This document shows, piece after piece, positions 35,436 through 37,908 of a stretch of DNA of 37,908 nucleotides. Each line of letters opens with the position of its first letter. Positions within the stretch are counted from its first letter, which is position 1. The DNA comes from Klebsormidium nitens. Its lineage: Eukaryota > Plantae > Klebsormidiophyceae. The notes beneath the pieces were generated by a model that worked only from the letters and a program-made list of their open reading frames with translations, was not told where the DNA came from and did not search any database. Location of the stretch: positions 1 to 37,908 of the forward strand of contig DF237136.1 in the NCBI GenBank assembly GCA_000708835.1, in the 5' to 3' direction. The position numbers and the translations under genes were made by a program.

Positions 35436-37908
35436 CGAAGTTACCCGGAACGAGCTCCCCGAATTGTGTAGCTGCAGGGGATGAAGCACCACACTGCGGC
35501 AAACACTTCCAAACAAGCTGGCGACTTTGAAGAGCTGAGCGCGTGGGCTCGAGCCAACGTCAGCTTATTATTCATTTGTGAGTCTCTTGTATAGCACGGT
35601 ACACAAGCTGGTGGTAAATGGAAAGTCTGTAAACCTGTTGGCAGTGTTTTACACCCAACTTTAACCCACCTACATAGACTTCTGCATGTTCAGCGCATCG
35701 CAAGAGCTCAGAAATGAAGAAAGGGCCAATCATACCTGATCAAGAGACCTTGCCTAAAGGAATTGTACCGTCTGCCCTAGAATTTCCTTGTAAAACGTGC
35801 GCGCACAACACAATTTTACGGCTGCGATTGCAATTTGGTCAGGTGCTGCGAAGACTTGCCGTCCGATGTGAATGCGGAGTACCTCTCAGTGTACCAAATT
35901 GGACGGTACGTATCTATCGGTTGCCGGAGTCTTGACCTCCGATTCACCGAAGCGACGTCCGACTCGCCGCTCCGGCGACAGTACTGAGTACGGCCCCCCG
36001 TACGGCCACAAAAGCGGACTCGGGATGTTGCACGCTTAAAGTTGGCTGATAGATCGAGGCTCATGAGCATGTGGCGGCGCCGCCTTCAATTTGGGATTGT
36101 GGAAAGCAAGAGGATAGTGCAACCCTTTGACCATGGCCTGGGCATATTGAGTACTGACAGTAGAAAGAATGCTCACTTCTCATTACAAAGCAACTTCAAA
36201 CCAGATATTCAAGCAAACCAGCCACCTCAAACAACGTTCATATGCTCAACCTCCTGATCCTCACTCACTGTTCGACGTGACCCGCTAGCTTAGTAAGCTT
36301 GAAGCAACTGAGGGGCAACTGAGTCGATTCAATTTTGGGGCAGATTTGCTGCAGCACACCTCGAGCTGCGGCCACCACACAACTGTACAGATGTGATTTA
36401 CCACCCAAATCCATAACAGAACTGCAGTAATTTCACCAGTGCCTTAAGTCCCCCCGAACAGTTGCCCTGCTATTGCGAGACTGTCCGTGAAGACCCTCCG
36501 CGACTCAGTGCGTCTGTTCCGCGACTTTGTTCTGCGAGCTTCGCGACAAGTTCAACACCATGATGAGTTTACAACCCTTTTCGAATGTAGTGATGATCGA
36601 AGTTAGTGTCATGCATTTGGGGCTGAAGAAGCAATACCGACCGCCTGCAACGGGTTCATCAAGGCATGTTGCCGATGATCGAATCGTAATGCTGGGATTT
36701 TGGACTCCACCAACGGCCGTTGCAAAGCACTTGGAAAGTCAGCATGCACGAGTGCTTATGGAGCCAAGCTGCCATTGTTGAAAGTCTTGGAGACATGGCT
36801 ACCAATTGAAAGTTGCTTATGGGCGCCAGCGATCTTAATGCTGGCAGGTCCAAGCATCCCTATGTTCGATAAGTTCAAGCAGGTCGGCTTTCTTCGGTTT
36901 GATGCATCAGAAACCAACGAGCATGCCTTATATTATCCTAACAGCAACTCCTCAAGGTGAGGTCACCTGTACATGCGAAGTGAAAATATGCATAGCTTGT
37001 TATTTCATCTATACCCAGATGACACATGACTTGGTTGGAATGAAGCCAACGTCGTCGTTTCGTACTTGGTCGAAGTCAAGCCATTAGACCTACTTCTTGA
37101 GTCGAGGTACAAGCTAGACCGCTTTTAGACATCGTCATCCGTTGCCCCTTCTGCAAGCGGCAGGCGGCCCAAAGCCACGGTTGGGATGCCACTACCAGTT
37201 GGGCCTGCTCCAACAGTTGAGCGTCTGATTAATTGAAGGTAGCAATTAAGTTCCCCGGTTGAGTCGTCCGCCAGATAACAGTTCACTTTGAAAACATCCA
37301 ACATGTGAATCATTGTACCTCGAAGACATTGAAGAACTAATTGGCGAATTATCCTGAACCAGTTTCCAGTGCTCGGTAGATGAGCCGATGATGATGATTG
37401 ATGTTGATCCTGATGTGGCAGGACTCGAAGCACGGCCTAGCTAGTGAGCGCCGTGCTGTGGGCAAAAAGAGTCGGCTGGCCGTTGGAGAAGCAAGCATGA
37501 TGCAACCAAGCATCCCAAACAGGAACGTACTGCAAGCCGAAAACTAGGTATACAAAGTCTCGGAAAGGCGCTCTATAGTTACAGTAGATTTGGCTTTCAC
37601 TCGATGCCTGGAGGTGGCAATCGAACGTTCATCATGAGCACCTTCGCGGTAGCGAAGCCTGGATGCTGCAGAACGACTGGGACGCTTTGAGCATACGTAT
37701 GATACAATGTCAATGATGTCAGTTTTGCTCCCACGGGCCCTGCCCGTTGCTGACTGTCTCGTGCATCGACTGCACTTGACACAGGCACGGAGAGGGCCTC
37801 ACATACTACCACTTACTAGAATGTGAATCACTGAAATGATCGAGTCCAAGGGGGGGAGCCGCGTGTCCTCCAAACCCTTCGGCGTCGACTTCGTGAGTAC
37901 TTCCCCTC

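Noticed and set aside
36527-37812. Short ORFs near the right end, e.g. 37125-37433 (-) and 37597-37812 (-)
   Set aside because: They may be exons of a gene entering from outside the window, but I could not build an in-phase model or recognise a domain.

Overview
Eukaryotic nuclear DNA with spliceosomal introns. The proteins are plant-like, so my unverified guess is a green alga, possibly a streptophyte. There are three N gaps (1587-2284, 4631-5016, 10766-11232). The left part (1 to ~14 kb) is a transposon graveyard. It holds two decayed, related Ty1/copia elements in convergent orientation, each interrupted by a solo LTR of one family with its own 5-bp TSD. It also holds a ~2.1 kb long inverted-repeat (foldback) structure spanning a gap, and a CAC...GTG-terminated non-autonomous DNA transposon candidate with dense GTAC/GGTACC clusters. 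The right part carries five intron-containing genes that I modelled by hand with phase-consistent splicing: an SRPBCC/START polyketide-cyclase-like gene (-), the peroxisomal carrier PXN (+), proteasome beta5 (-), a bacterial-type divergent polysaccharide deacetylase fused to an ~870-aa mostly disordered exon (+), and an ARL2BP/BART gene (-). A MITE candidate lies between proteasome beta5 and the deacetylase. The most interesting item is the intron-rich YibQ/PF04748-like deacetylase fusion. No rRNA, tRNA or CRISPR array was seen. All family assignments come from motif recognition, not database searches.
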